Source: a virus (Duplodnaviria; Caudoviricetes). Taken from it: a stretch of 58,692 nt of DNA. The notes beneath the pieces were generated by a model. That model worked only from the letters and a program-made list of their open reading frames with translations. It did not search any database and was not told where the DNA came from. The stretch lies in the IMG/VR virus record IMGVR_UViG_3300034349_000023, positions 1-58,692 of that record; one strand, given 5' to 3'. Shown here piece by piece: positions 10,500 to 20,375 of the stretch. Position 1 is the first letter of the stretch. Each line of letters starts with the position of its first letter. A program made the translations under genes and the position numbers.

Positions 10500-10867
10500 G
10501 CTGTGGCCACCGCCCGATTGATAGCCGACGCAAGGTCAGCGGCGAGTCGAGGAGCGATATCGACCATGGTAGGTCCGATGATGGCGTACTTCCCCGAGTA
10601 CTTAACCTCGAGCCAAAACGTGTAAGGCATCGTCCCGTAGATCGTTAGCTCGTGCATGACCATTGGCTCCGAGTCATGCTTGGCAAACAGACCTTGACGC
10701 GCATTACCCGTCCGGTCAGACCACGGAGCATTAGTACGCGCGAATGTCTCGGCGATTGGTTCATAGCGATCGAAGACCAGGTCTACGGCCGCATCGATCC
10801 GGGGCAGAAGCCGTTGCAGGTTTGGAGTCAGGGAGTCGAAAACGAACGTCCCCCTACGACGAGCCAT
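10496..10867 (-). CDS. HK97 gp10-like neck protein
   Basis: NAPWSDRTGNARQGL...MPYTFWLEV motif. Confidence 0.8.
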   Translation of the reverse strand: MARRRGTFVFDSLTPNLQRLLPRIDAAVDLVFDRYEPIAETFARTNAPWSDRTGNARQGLFAKHDSEPMVMHELTIYGTMPYTFWLEVKYSGKYAIIGPTMVDIAPRLAADLASAINRAVATA

Positions 10868-11250
10868 TATGGCCTCGCTGTCCGGGGAATGTGCCGAAGC
10901 ACAATCGCCTTTGTCTCGTAGTCCCAGCCCTCCGTAAACCCGATCACGTCGTAGCGGGTTCCGGCCTCATCCACCCAATAGTCCCCAACGGCGATAGCCA
11001 TGTCGTGTGGTCCGATCAGGTGGTAGTCCCCGATCCGTTCCACACCCGCTACCGTTACGGTGGGACGCTGGTCATACGCCAAGAGAGACAGCTTGAATGT
11101 CTGGGCCGCCCGGGGAGTCCCCGGGACGTCGGTATACCCGCCAGAAGACGTCGGGGTACGAGTCACCGGAATCAACTGGGCCGTAGTCGGGTCATCCGCG
11201 ATAAAGGCTGCGGTCATCCGACGTTGCTCGGCCAGCGATATCAGGCTCAT
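10867..11250 (-). CDS. Head-to-tail stopper
   Basis: Synteny, size and the DMAIAVGDYW motif. Confidence 0.7.
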   Translation of the reverse strand: MSLISLAEQRRMTAAFIADDPTTAQLIPVTRTPTSSGGYTDVPGTPRAAQTFKLSLLAYDQRPTVTVAGVERIGDYHLIGPHDMAIAVGDYWVDEAGTRYDVIGFTEGWDYETKAIVLRHIPRTARP

Positions 11251-11546
11251 ACCCGCTCGATCTCCACTGTGTAGGACCGCTTGGTTACGGTTGCTTCCGG
11301 TTCGGTAGCGGTGGCCATTTCCAGATAGCCCTTGCGAAGCTGGCTGAGAGACCGGCTGGAGCCCGATTCCGTTACGTCCACCAGTCCGGATGCAGTGGCG
11401 GCCTTTTCACGCCAGATTTGCTTTGCGGCTGGGTCAATGCCCAGGTCATCGATCATCCCGCCGAGAAGGGAATCGGTGTAGACCGAATCGTCTTCTGACA
11501 GGGCAGTCATTCGACGAAGCTGAGCAATCTGAGTATCGGTAGCCAT
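11247..11546 (-). CDS. Head-to-tail adaptor
   Basis: LRRMTA...WREKAA...LVDVTESGSSRSLSQL; GGAGG RBS before MATDTQ. Confidence 0.75.
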   Translation of the reverse strand: MATDTQIAQLRRMTALSEDDSVYTDSLLGGMIDDLGIDPAAKQIWREKAATASGLVDVTESGSSRSLSQLRKGYLEMATATEPEATVTKRSYTVEIERV

Positions 11547-11612
11547 CGGGGTCACCTCCAAACTTGAAGATGACCCAATCATACCGTACACGATTTCAGA
11601 AGCGAGAGAACG

Positions 11613-11640
11613 AAAAGCCCGACGACCGAAGCCGCCGGGC
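11613..11640 (-). terminator. Intrinsic terminator after the capsid genes
   Basis: Minus strand GCCCGGCGGC-TTCG-GTCGTCGGGC-TTTT. Confidence 0.8.
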
Positions 11641-11659
11641 CCTTCATCGTTGAATCCGA

Positions 11660-12112
11660 TCAGCCGAGCGCGCCCGGGTTCTCGGAATCCCAGAGCCGAA
11701 GGCCTTTGATCATGTCGGCCTTCAGAACCGCACCGTTCTTGCCGGTCGCGACGACCTCGACGTCCGTGGTGTTCTCCATGGCGTTCCGGGCGATCACCTC
11801 AGCCTCGAGATCATCCTTCGACCACGTGTCGTAGTCGTCCGGCTCGTCATCCCCCGGGGGATCGGCCTTGGTCGGGTCGACCTTGGTCGGGACGGTCTGA
11901 CCCTCCGACGGTGGGACGAGGGAGTCCGCACCGGCCTGGGGGTCCAGAGCGGAACGCGTGACGCCATCGTCCCCCGACTGATCCTCGGGGACCACACCGC
12001 CGAACTGTTCCTGGTGCTTGGAGATCCGGTCCTCGATGCCGACGATCCCGGTCTGCCGGAGGAAAGCGATGTCTTCCTCGCTCAGCTCGTTGTCCCAGTC
12101 GATCTTCCGCAT
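11660..12112 (-). CDS. Acidic hypothetical protein following the major capsid gene
   Basis: GGAGG RBS and strong GC3 codon bias; DDYDTWSKDDLEAEV...KADMIKGLR is a small helical domain. Confidence 0.8.
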   Translation of the reverse strand: MRKIDWDNELSEEDIAFLRQTGIVGIEDRISKHQEQFGGVVPEDQSGDDGVTRSALDPQAGADSLVPPSEGQTVPTKVDPTKADPPGDDEPDDYDTWSKDDLEAEVIARNAMENTTDVEVVATGKNGAVLKADMIKGLRLWDSENPGALG

Positions 12113-12127
12113 GATTCAGCCCTCCAA

Positions 12128-13417
12128 TCAGGCGTAGATCGCCGGAACGGCGTAGGCGGACGACGAGAGCTGCATGACGATGCCGCCGCCTCGCTGCCGG
12201 ACACCGGTACCGAATCCGGTGTTCCAGAACGAGTCGATCAGCGGGTAGTCCGGGTTCCGGCCCTTGACGAGCCGCAGGCCCCGGAGTTCGTCCCGCGCGT
12301 GCTGCCGCAGGCCGATCGGGTTCTGGAGGTTGTCCGGGCCACCGGTCGCGAACGACGCCAGGTAGTCCGTCGGCATGTAGTCGTCGACCACGATCAGGCA
12401 CGGGCCGTAGGACCCGATGACCGTCAGTCCGCCGAGGGTCGGCGCGACCTGGGCCTGACCGATGACCGTCGTGGTCTGCGGGATGATCTGACCGGGCTGT
12501 CCCTGCGCGGGGATGAAGTCGAATCGGCCGTAGTTGCCGCCGACCGCCTGCACCGCGTTGACCGCCGACCGGAAGTTCCGGATCGAGTTGCCGAGGGCGG
12601 TGTTCACCATGATGACGATCTGGACGCCGTTCTCCATGGAGTACCCGTGGGAAGCGAAGTCGTCGATGATCATCGTGTCGATGTCCTGGGCCTCGAGCAC
12701 GGAGTTCGTGCCGGAGTTCTTGTAGTGCGTGTGCGACCCGTTGAACGTGTTGTTCTTGTACTGCGGCGGCACCGTGCCGTCGGCGTTGTAGAACTTGTAG
12801 ACGTTGTAGTTCTGACCGTTGATGGTCGCCGTGAGGTTGGTCGGGTTGAACAAGGTCTTGAAGACCTGGCCCAACAGCAGCCGCCAGTACGCCTCGACGG
12901 AAGCGTTGGCAACGGAGTTGACCATCGCGTCCGTGGCGTCGGCCAAGTACTGCCAGGTGTACCGCGCGCCCAAGTCGTACCACTTGAACGTGTAGCCCAT
13001 CTGGAAGTACGTCGGCGCGATGCGCGAACCGACCGGCTCGCCGAACTCGGTGGATTCCTCGAAGTCGACACCCTGGCCCGGCTGGGTCACGGTCTCGGGG
13101 TTCGTGGTCACCGGGAAGGTGAGGAAGTTGATCAGGTTTTGGCGCGGCTGGTTCACGGCGTTCAGCAGCGCCATGAAGTCGGTCCAGATCGAGTTCAGAT
13201 CCGTGCCGTCAGCCGTCCGCGTGATGACGTCGGCCGAGGTGTGGGTACCGAGCCGGTTCGCGCCACCGAAGACACCGGGCAGAATGCCCAGCGATTCCAG
13301 GTCGACGAGTTCCATGCCCCGCTTCGGGGTGGTCGCCAGGGCCCGTCCGGGCATGACGAGATCCGGGATGATCCGACCCCGCGAGTTGCGGACCGGAACA
13401 GTGAAGTCGAGGTTCAC
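12128..13417 (-). CDS. Major capsid protein
   Basis: 429 aa with very strong codon bias, downstream of scaffold; FEESTEFGEP and GFGTGVRQRGGG are capsid-like motifs. Confidence 0.9.
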   Translation of the reverse strand: MNLDFTVPVRNSRGRIIPDLVMPGRALATTPKRGMELVDLESLGILPGVFGGANRLGTHTSADVITRTADGTDLNSIWTDFMALLNAVNQPRQNLINFLTFPVTTNPETVTQPGQGVDFEESTEFGEPVGSRIAPTYFQMGYTFKWYDLGARYTWQYLADATDAMVNSVANASVEAYWRLLLGQVFKTLFNPTNLTATINGQNYNVYKFYNADGTVPPQYKNNTFNGSHTHYKNSGTNSVLEAQDIDTMIIDDFASHGYSMENGVQIVIMVNTALGNSIRNFRSAVNAVQAVGGNYGRFDFIPAQGQPGQIIPQTTTVIGQAQVAPTLGGLTVIGSYGPCLIVVDDYMPTDYLASFATGGPDNLQNPIGLRQHARDELRGLRLVKGRNPDYPLIDSFWNTGFGTGVRQRGGGIVMQLSSSAYAVPAIYA

Positions 13418-13860
13418 AGCGCACCCGCAAACGCAGCACGAACGATCAGGCGCGAAGCCTCGACCGTGGTGCCGATGTAGAAGCCGATAGCCCCCGCGAC
13501 AGGGGCCGTGGTCGCGAGACGAGAGGCGGTGGCGTCGAAGTAGTACTTCGTGCCCGCCGTCGGGGCAGCCGCGCCCTGGATGTCGTTGACACCCAGCTCC
13601 ACCACCTCGGCGGAGGTGAAGACGTCGATCGGGTCGCCCACCGCGAAGTTCTTGTGGGCGACGATGATGCCGACGACGGAGACCGCCGTGGTCGCCTTGA
13701 TGATCCGGCCGGAGCCGTTCAGGGCGACACAGAGTACGCGGTCCAGGTCGGTCACACCGGTCGGTCCCGAAGTGGCGTTCAGTGCGATGTTGAGCGGCGC
13801 ACGAAAGTTACCGATCTTCGGGTTGGACTTGTCGATCCGGCTCACGTTCACTCCCTTCAT
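13414..13860 (-). CDS. Capsid decoration/cement-like protein
   Basis: Small Ala/Gly/Thr-rich beta protein between scaffold and MCP. Confidence 0.65.
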   Translation of the reverse strand: MKGVNVSRIDKSNPKIGNFRAPLNIALNATSGPTGVTDLDRVLCVALNGSGRIIKATTAVSVVGIIVAHKNFAVGDPIDVFTSAEVVELGVNDIQGAAAPTAGTKYYFDATASRLATTAPVAGAIGFYIGTTVEASRLIVRAAFAGAL

Positions 13861-13922
13861 GTCTTGGGAACGTAGCCTTTTTGGTGCAGTTGTTTCCGTT
13901 CGGCCACTGACCTTCGGGAGTT

Positions 13923-14765
13923 CTAGAACCGTCCGAGAACCGGAAACTTCTTTGCGAGCGCCGCTCGATCCGGAGTCTTCGGTTCCCCCCGGCGCTTGGT
14001 GTTCATCGGTGCGCCGGAACGACGCGAGCGCGGCTCGTCATCGTCGTCCTCGTCATCGTCGGTGTCTTTCCCCCGGGCACGGCCCTTCGGATCCTCTTCT
14101 GACTTCTTGACGAGATGGGGCTTGCGCTTGGCGAGGTCTTTCAGGGACCGCCGCAGTTCGCGCGTATCCACCGTACCATCCTCGTCAATCACGTCGTCGA
14201 AGAGGCCTTCTCGTTCGGCCAAAGCGAAAACGTCATTCGAGTCGATCCAGTCGACACCCGGAACTGGAGTCTTGAAGAACGCGAGCTGAGACTGCATGAT
14301 GCGATTGGTCTCAGTCAATGCCTCGACCTTGGAACGCGCCTCGGACAGATCCCGGCCGATTACCTCGTCGGTCGGCTTGTCCACATCCTCGAGCGCTTTG
14401 ATCCGATCGTTCAGCTCGCGAGTCTTTTTCTGTTCCTCGCGAAGGGCGAGACGATACCGACGCGCCTGGCGAGCCGCCTTGAACTTGGCATCCCCGTCTT
14501 CGTCGTCGTCGTCGTCGTCGTCGATTTTCGGCTTGGGCTTGGGTTTTCCCTTACCGTCGTCCGAGTCGTCTTCTTCGTCCTCGTCGTCGTCTTCCTCGCC
14601 CGGCACGTTGTCGGGGTCGTCGTCCTCCGACGCACCCAGCACGGGCCACACCGCCGTGCCGTTCTTCAAATACCCCAGCGGAGCGATCAGCTCGCCCGTG
14701 TGGGGATGACGCTTGCCGGTCAGGTTCGCGGAACGCACGCCCGGCTTGATGAGTCCCAGACCCAT
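13923..14765 (-). CDS. Capsid scaffolding protein
   Basis: Acidic stretches and coiled coil, LAKRKPHLVK, C-terminal LAKKFPVL; lies upstream of MCP. Confidence 0.85.
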   Translation of the reverse strand: MGLGLIKPGVRSANLTGKRHPHTGELIAPLGYLKNGTAVWPVLGASEDDDPDNVPGEEDDDEDEEDDSDDGKGKPKPKPKIDDDDDDDEDGDAKFKAARQARRYRLALREEQKKTRELNDRIKALEDVDKPTDEVIGRDLSEARSKVEALTETNRIMQSQLAFFKTPVPGVDWIDSNDVFALAEREGLFDDVIDEDGTVDTRELRRSLKDLAKRKPHLVKKSEEDPKGRARGKDTDDDEDDDDEPRSRRSGAPMNTKRRGEPKTPDRAALAKKFPVLGRF

Positions 14766-14809
14766 GTTAACTCCCTTGTAAGACGTTTCGAAGAATGGTA
14801 TCTCAATCT

Positions 14810-15031
14810 TTAGGCGTCGACCTCCACCGACTCTTTCCAGTTCTGGAATTCCTGGTCAGTGCCCGGGGCGAACTCCCAGACAATACGATTTCCCTGGCCC
14901 TTTCGGGGGGCATTGTGCAGTGCCCCATCCATCAAAATGTCTTCGGGAATACCCCTCGGGAATGCCTGGCAGGTTGACTCGGAAAGTCGGTGGATGCACG
15001 AGTCACAGGTAGACGGGGATCGGGTGGTCAT
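14810..15031 (-). CDS. Small Cys/His protein (CxxCxH...CxAFPxGIP), a type often found beside MuF-associated toxin domains
   Basis: TCDSCIH...TCQAFPRGIPEDIL...H; start overlaps the upstream stop. Confidence 0.75.
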   Translation of the reverse strand: MTTRSPSTCDSCIHRLSESTCQAFPRGIPEDILMDGALHNAPRKGQGNRIVWEFAPGTDQEFQNWKESVEVDA

Positions 15032-16275
15032 GACGGTACTTCCTTCGTGATGATGGACTCCAACACAAGTCCCATCTGCCTCATGTACGGCTTGGGTTTA
15101 GGGTTCAGGGTGTGGTCAGTCCACACCTCCGCCACCAGTTCAATCAGGTTAGTAGCCGCGTACTTACCAACCTTACGCCTGATGATTGCCTTATTGCGTG
15201 GAGCCGCAACCATGTTGTCGAGGTCGAAGCGATTTACCGGTCGAGTGCCGATGGTGTCTTCTAGTCCCAAATGCTCGATCAAAGCCTTCTGGATTTGCTT
15301 CCTCTGGGCAGGGTGGTCCATAAACCCGATCGTCAAAGCATGAGCCATCTCATGGGTGATAATCTGTTCAACCGGAGTTCCCCCTCCCTTGACAAACCAT
15401 CCCGAAGCCCGATTCTTGGAAATCGTAGCCTCGTGGTCATGCAGGTGAGAGTGAAGCTCAATGTGTCCACCCATACACATTCCTAGTGTACCCTCCCCCA
15501 CAGCAACAGGGTACTTACCAGGAGTAATACCGCTTTTCACGCCTCTAATCCGGTTGATCCGATTTCCCACCAGCCCTTGCTGTCGAGTCAACGCTCGGTC
15601 GGTATCCTGAGCAACCGCAGAATTTACCCTCACCCGACCCCGTACAGTACGGAGCATTTCGGACTCGGGGATAGCAGGAATTGGGCTAGTGGGGACTGCC
15701 CTTATAGAAGTGACGGGAGAAGGCTTAACCCCTTTTGCACTCGGCTTCGTTCCCAACTGCACCACCCGGGGATACTCATGGTTAGGTACCCCGTACCGGA
15801 TCAACAACCGGTCAATTTCCTGATTGGTGTCTTCCGACTTCAACTTGCTTTGATTTACGATGAAGTTCCGAGAAGCCCCCCGACGAAGGGCATTCTGGAT
15901 CTTAATCAGCTCTGTCGGACGAGGACCAGTTCCCAGGTTAACCTTTGACGCCGGAGGAATATATGAAGACAAAGGCTTAGCCACCGCAGGGGGTGGAGTG
16001 AAGGTAGTCGGAAATGGTACATTCGCCACCTTAACCTTCTCTTTAACCTGGGGCTTGGGTAGGGCAACTTTCTTCGGAGAAGCCGGAGGGATGACCTTCT
16101 TGGGGGTAACATCCACTACCTTGGGCTGTGACGGAGTGGGAATCTTACCACCAGTGCGACTCCCGGTCGGAGCATTCTCACCATGCTTCGCCGTTGACCC
16201 AGTTCCCCCGTTGGCTCGGCACAGAGCCCGCGCTTTCGGCGTCGAAGGATGTGGATGGCCGGTGTGGTCGATCAT
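15028..16275 (-). CDS. Head-module protein with an N-terminal His/Cys tag and a C-terminal zincin-like (HExxH) domain
   Basis: IITHEMAHALT, with downstream GKYAATNLIELVAE (third ligand); Pro/Lys-rich linker. Confidence 0.75.
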   Translation of the reverse strand: MIDHTGHPHPSTPKARALCRANGGTGSTAKHGENAPTGSRTGGKIPTPSQPKVVDVTPKKVIPPASPKKVALPKPQVKEKVKVANVPFPTTFTPPPAVAKPLSSYIPPASKVNLGTGPRPTELIKIQNALRRGASRNFIVNQSKLKSEDTNQEIDRLLIRYGVPNHEYPRVVQLGTKPSAKGVKPSPVTSIRAVPTSPIPAIPESEMLRTVRGRVRVNSAVAQDTDRALTRQQGLVGNRINRIRGVKSGITPGKYPVAVGEGTLGMCMGGHIELHSHLHDHEATISKNRASGWFVKGGGTPVEQIITHEMAHALTIGFMDHPAQRKQIQKALIEHLGLEDTIGTRPVNRFDLDNMVAAPRNKAIIRRKVGKYAATNLIELVAEVWTDHTLNPKPKPYMRQMGLVLESIITKEVPS

Positions 16276-17165
16276 GACTTCTTCCTTCCCAATCGGGCCA
16301 AGTTCTCACGAGTCCGACGATCAATCTCATCATCGAACTTCCCGGCATCCAACGCCTTCTTGAAATCATCAGACGTCATCGTCACGTAGGTTATATAGCA
16401 AAAGCACTGGGGGTGGGGCTTCTCCGGGATTTTACCCGGGGCAAACTCACCATTACCCCCATGCGCAGCGTAGACGTTGCACTTGTCCGGCACCCGGTGC
16501 GATCCCGATAAGTTCCACTTCGCTGCCTTCACGCCAGGCCGTGTGGCACCCTGGATCGTCCGCTCATGGAAGGCATTGTTGATCTCGGTACGAGCCAGCC
16601 GCGTCGATGAGTACGAAGCACCCCCCGGGGCTGTGGGGCTAACGTACTTGTAGACCTCTTTTGCAAGTTCTTTCGCGGTGAGGTTGGCAATCAGCCCTTG
16701 GCGAATGACCTGTTCCACACGCCCGTCATCGAGCGCGGCCTGTCGGTACACCCGGGCGGACAGCTCTCGCCTCCGTCGCGCAGCGTCACTCTTCAAACCG
16801 GATGCAGCCGACGCCCTGAGAGACGCCACAAGCGTTTCAGCGGCCCGTTCCGATAGTGCGGCGTACGCGACGCGGGTTAACGCCTCTACGGCGTCGTCAC
16901 CGGCCTGCAATGAGTCCTCGATGGCACGCGCCACCAGTGGATTGATCCGGCCAACCCACATAGCCCGAAGTAGCCGGTTGACGGCAGCCAACGTAACCCG
17001 CAGCTGAGCCGCGCGCACCTGACCGCCGATGCCCGGTCGCAGGGTAGCCACCCGGCGCTCAATCGCCTTTGCTGTCGCCTCGAGGATAACCCGAAGTTCT
17101 TTCTCGGTCTTTCCCTGAAGCTTTAGATAGGGCCGAAATTCCTTAGGCTGCGGTTCCGCCATCAC
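16272..17165 (-). CDS. MuF-like minor capsid protein
   Basis: RLARTEINNAF...WNLSGSH..C...PHPQCFC; directly after portal. Confidence 0.9.
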   Translation of the reverse strand: MMAEPQPKEFRPYLKLQGKTEKELRVILEATAKAIERRVATLRPGIGGQVRAAQLRVTLAAVNRLLRAMWVGRINPLVARAIEDSLQAGDDAVEALTRVAYAALSERAAETLVASLRASAASGLKSDAARRRRELSARVYRQAALDDGRVEQVIRQGLIANLTAKELAKEVYKYVSPTAPGGASYSSTRLARTEINNAFHERTIQGATRPGVKAAKWNLSGSHRVPDKCNVYAAHGGNGEFAPGKIPEKPHPQCFCYITYVTMTSDDFKKALDAGKFDDEIDRRTRENLARLGRKKS

Positions 17166-18621
17166 TCGTACCCGTTTCCGAAGTCAACCGAGAGGCGAAT
17201 GGATCGGCAGCGGCGTTTCGCTCGTCATATTCGGCCTTGGCCTTTTCACCTATTCCCTCAGGGAAGGTGTACCCAAGCTTTGCCGCTTCGGTCCGGTAGT
17301 ACTCGGTGTCGATGACTCCCCGGTCGAGCATGTCGTTTAGCTCGGCGAATCGACCCTCCCGATCCACCGGAACAGCATTCCCCGCGACACAAGTAACGGA
17401 GGTGTCGTCGCTGAACGTAGTCTGTTCGTAGGCAGGCATCCACATGCGGAGGATGTCGTACCAGAGATTATCCTCGACGCCCAAGAGAAGATCGTTTTTT
17501 TCTCCGGCCTTGGACAACATCGGCCCAAGCTGGAGCTGAAGCGCGACCCCAGAAGCGACCGTAACGTCAACCACCCCGACAGCAACCTCCGGCGTCGAAG
17601 ACACCCGGAAAAGGGCTTCCCACAGCCGGTCGTAGTGCGCACCGTACGACTCCGATAAGCCGCCGACGCCCTGGACCCTTTCCCACTTCGTTCCGTTGTG
17701 GTGGACCACACGCCCGGGGCCGAGTTGCCAGGGGAGTTTGTTTCCCTTTTCGTCCGTCGGCTGATCGGCATCGGTGGCGTACATCCCGATACCCATCAGT
17801 GCCAGCGCCAGGTCTTCGTCGCTCACGGTCTGGTTGATCGCACCCATGACTCGCTCGAGGCCCCTGATTTCGCTGGAGCCGAACGGATCACCCGGAACCT
17901 CGGTGTTCTTCGTGTGGTACACAGGGAGCGCTGAGATTTGTTGGGGGAGTTCGGTAACGGCCTGGATGATGGACTCCGGCCGGTCGTTGGGGCCTCCCCA
18001 CTTGTCCAGCTCGAAGACACCTTCCTCCACCGTGATCGGAGTCGTACCGTCGGCCCTGGCCGGTCCCTTCCGATATGTCAGGCGACGAATGCGCGGGCCC
18101 TTGGACGTGTCGATCTGTTCCACCAGGTGGCAGCCAACCAGCCGGTCTACGTCCTCGGGATCGGGGATCGGGAAGTACATCCCGGGGTCAAGCGCCGTCA
18201 GCCTCAATCGCTTCCCGATCGGCTTGGATTCGTCCGCCGTGAGATGCCAGATCGAGTCGCCCTGGATCAGTCCGTATCGCTTCTTACCGTTGAACTTGGA
18301 CCGGATGCGCTCCCGCTTCATCAGGTCATTGACCGCCATCTGGGCTGCCGCACCGTCCCCGCCGCTCACCACCACCCGGAAGTCTGCCCCGACGTACCGG
18401 TTAGTCGTGTCGATGATCGTACGAGAGGACGGGATGTAGATGGGGAGCGTGTTGGTGCCCCGGAGGGAGATCTTGAAGATATCCGGAACGTTCCAGTACA
18501 TTTGCTCATAGGTCTGGTAGGACAGAATGCGCTGGACATCCAGCTCATCCGGTACCCAGGTAGGCTTTGACCCGAAGAACTCGGCCCCCGTGCTATACGG
18601 AGTGAAGACACCGCTTGCCAT
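17143..18621 (-). CDS. Portal protein
   Basis: 492 aa after terminase; FGSSEIRGLE and ASGVALQL motifs of SPP1-type portals. Confidence 0.9.
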   Translation of the reverse strand: MASGVFTPYSTGAEFFGSKPTWVPDELDVQRILSYQTYEQMYWNVPDIFKISLRGTNTLPIYIPSSRTIIDTTNRYVGADFRVVVSGGDGAAAQMAVNDLMKRERIRSKFNGKKRYGLIQGDSIWHLTADESKPIGKRLRLTALDPGMYFPIPDPEDVDRLVGCHLVEQIDTSKGPRIRRLTYRKGPARADGTTPITVEEGVFELDKWGGPNDRPESIIQAVTELPQQISALPVYHTKNTEVPGDPFGSSEIRGLERVMGAINQTVSDEDLALALMGIGMYATDADQPTDEKGNKLPWQLGPGRVVHHNGTKWERVQGVGGLSESYGAHYDRLWEALFRVSSTPEVAVGVVDVTVASGVALQLQLGPMLSKAGEKNDLLLGVEDNLWYDILRMWMPAYEQTTFSDDTSVTCVAGNAVPVDREGRFAELNDMLDRGVIDTEYYRTEAAKLGYTFPEGIGEKAKAEYDERNAAADPFASRLTSETGTSDGGTAA

Positions 18622-18632
18622 ATCCGCCTCTC

Positions 18633-20009
18633 TTAATTGCTCATGTTGGCGGTGGCGACGAAAGATCCCCCACCAGCGCCCGACTTACCGAAGTAACCCC
18701 GGAAGAACCGGCCCAATGCCTCAACGCCGTGGTTGTCCTTGTCGAGAGGATTTTCGGAGTCGGACCGCTGATCCGACTTCTTTTCTGGCCACTTATAGCC
18801 TTCTCGCATTTCCCAGATCAACGTCTCGCAATGAGTACGGTCGATCATAAGACGTGGCCGACGTTCGGTGTCCCCCACGGGGAGATGGAGGTTTTGAACT
18901 TTCATTGCCTTGCGAATCAACGCAAGGCGGATTTTGATTTCCCCACCGGTGTTCTTGTGAGCCGGAATGCGCAACTTCCTTTGCATGGTACGAGTGTCAT
19001 CCGGCTCGGCTGGGTCGGGGTACATCATCCGACACACCCGCACCAGCCCCGGATATTCAAGCATCAGGTCGGCACATACCTCTTCGGTGTCGAGCTCAGT
19101 CCGGCGAAATTCACGGAGCACCCGGATGTCGCCGAAGGGACCGACCTGGATGAAGAGAATCACGAAGGGATTAGTGAACCCGTAGTCAATAGCCATGTAG
19201 GTAGCCCATGACGGGTCATAGTCAAAATCCCCGAGGTGCACGTCTTCGTCAAATTCCTTCATGACGACACCGGTCTTATCGGTGAACTCCGCCCCGTATT
19301 GCCGAGCGAACTCGTCAGACGTCAGATCGCTTTCCGCCTCGAGAATTTCCGGGTCTGTCCGACCCCCGGGGAAGACGATGTCGTTAGTCCATGAAGGGCG
19401 CTTCCATGACTGCCACTGACCAAACCGTGATGACTGACCCCGGTTGTAGAGGTGGTACAGCAACGAGCTTTCAGACGATCCCTCCGGCACCCCGGAGAAC
19501 ACCGCCTTTCCTCGCCGGTCAGAAAGCGTCGGCCGGATATACTGACCCCAAGTGGATCGCCGATGCCTACCGGCCTCCACCATCAGGACCCAGTCCAACC
19601 CGTCGCCAACTAGCTTCTCCGGATGCGCGGCGCTCTTCCCGACGATCTGCGCACCATTGCTTAGCTGAATATGCATCGACCCCGAGTCGGCATTGTTGAC
19701 AAACCGGATAGCGTCCTTCTCGAGCCCGATCTTCCGGAGGCTATCGTAGATGATCCGAAATTCCTTCTCCGCATCGGTGTAGTTGGGTCCGACCACCCAG
19801 CCAAGAGTGGGAGACCCATCATACGGGGAAGGCGTAAGCGCCCGTGTGACCATCTCGTAGCCACCAAAGAACGTCTTACCCCAGCGCCGACCACACCGAA
19901 CGACCTTGAATCGAGTCCGGTTCTGGTGCAGATCCCGCTGACCGGCGTGAGGGTAATACCCCCAGACGTCATTAAACAACTTGGTTTTGGTCAGCACCGG
20001 GGCAGACAT
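18633..20009 (-). CDS. Terminase large subunit
   Basis: Walker A CGRRWGKT, Walker B VLMVEA, RNase H-like AIDYGFTNP and C-terminal DNHGVEAL. Confidence 0.95.
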   Translation of the reverse strand: MSAPVLTKTKLFNDVWGYYPHAGQRDLHQNRTRFKVVRCGRRWGKTFFGGYEMVTRALTPSPYDGSPTLGWVVGPNYTDAEKEFRIIYDSLRKIGLEKDAIRFVNNADSGSMHIQLSNGAQIVGKSAAHPEKLVGDGLDWVLMVEAGRHRRSTWGQYIRPTLSDRRGKAVFSGVPEGSSESSLLYHLYNRGQSSRFGQWQSWKRPSWTNDIVFPGGRTDPEILEAESDLTSDEFARQYGAEFTDKTGVVMKEFDEDVHLGDFDYDPSWATYMAIDYGFTNPFVILFIQVGPFGDIRVLREFRRTELDTEEVCADLMLEYPGLVRVCRMMYPDPAEPDDTRTMQRKLRIPAHKNTGGEIKIRLALIRKAMKVQNLHLPVGDTERRPRLMIDRTHCETLIWEMREGYKWPEKKSDQRSDSENPLDKDNHGVEALGRFFRGYFGKSGAGGGSFVATANMSN

Positions 20010-20375
20010 CTAGAACACTCCGTTTGCGAATAAGATAACCATGCCAATCAAAGCTACCGCTGCTCCGATACCTGCGTATACCCGAGTGACAAGCTGACGT
20101 GCTCCCATCTTCTCGGACTCAAGAGACAAGACACGATCGCCCATGGTATTCACGATCTTTTCCAAGGCTTCCAATTGCTCCACAGTGGCAACACCCGTAC
20201 GAAGTTCATTGAGCAAGGTAAGCCGATCATTAACGCTTAGCTCGGCTTTCTCCACGCCTTCTTTGATGGACATCCGGGCGGCCTCGAGCGCTTGGTTCTG
20301 CGCGTCAAATCGCTGTTGATAGCGAAGGTCCCGCTCGTCCATCAGTTCACGCAGATGCCTTGCCCAGAACATCAA
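20010..20375 (-). CDS. Coiled-coil protein with a C-terminal transmembrane helix
   Basis: C-terminal hydrophobic VYAGIGAAVALIGMVILFA. Confidence 0.65.
   Translation of the reverse strand: MMFWARHLRELMDERDLRYQQRFDAQNQALEAARMSIKEGVEKAELSVNDRLTLLNELRTGVATVEQLEALEKIVNTMGDRVLSLESEKMGARQLVTRVYAGIGAAVALIGMVILFANGVF

Noticed and set aside
12014-13480. Long plus-strand ORFs opposite real genes (also 48841-50706, 54009-55121, 27761-28828)
   Set aside because: Antisense shadows caused by high GC3 codon bias; no RBS or recognisable motifs.
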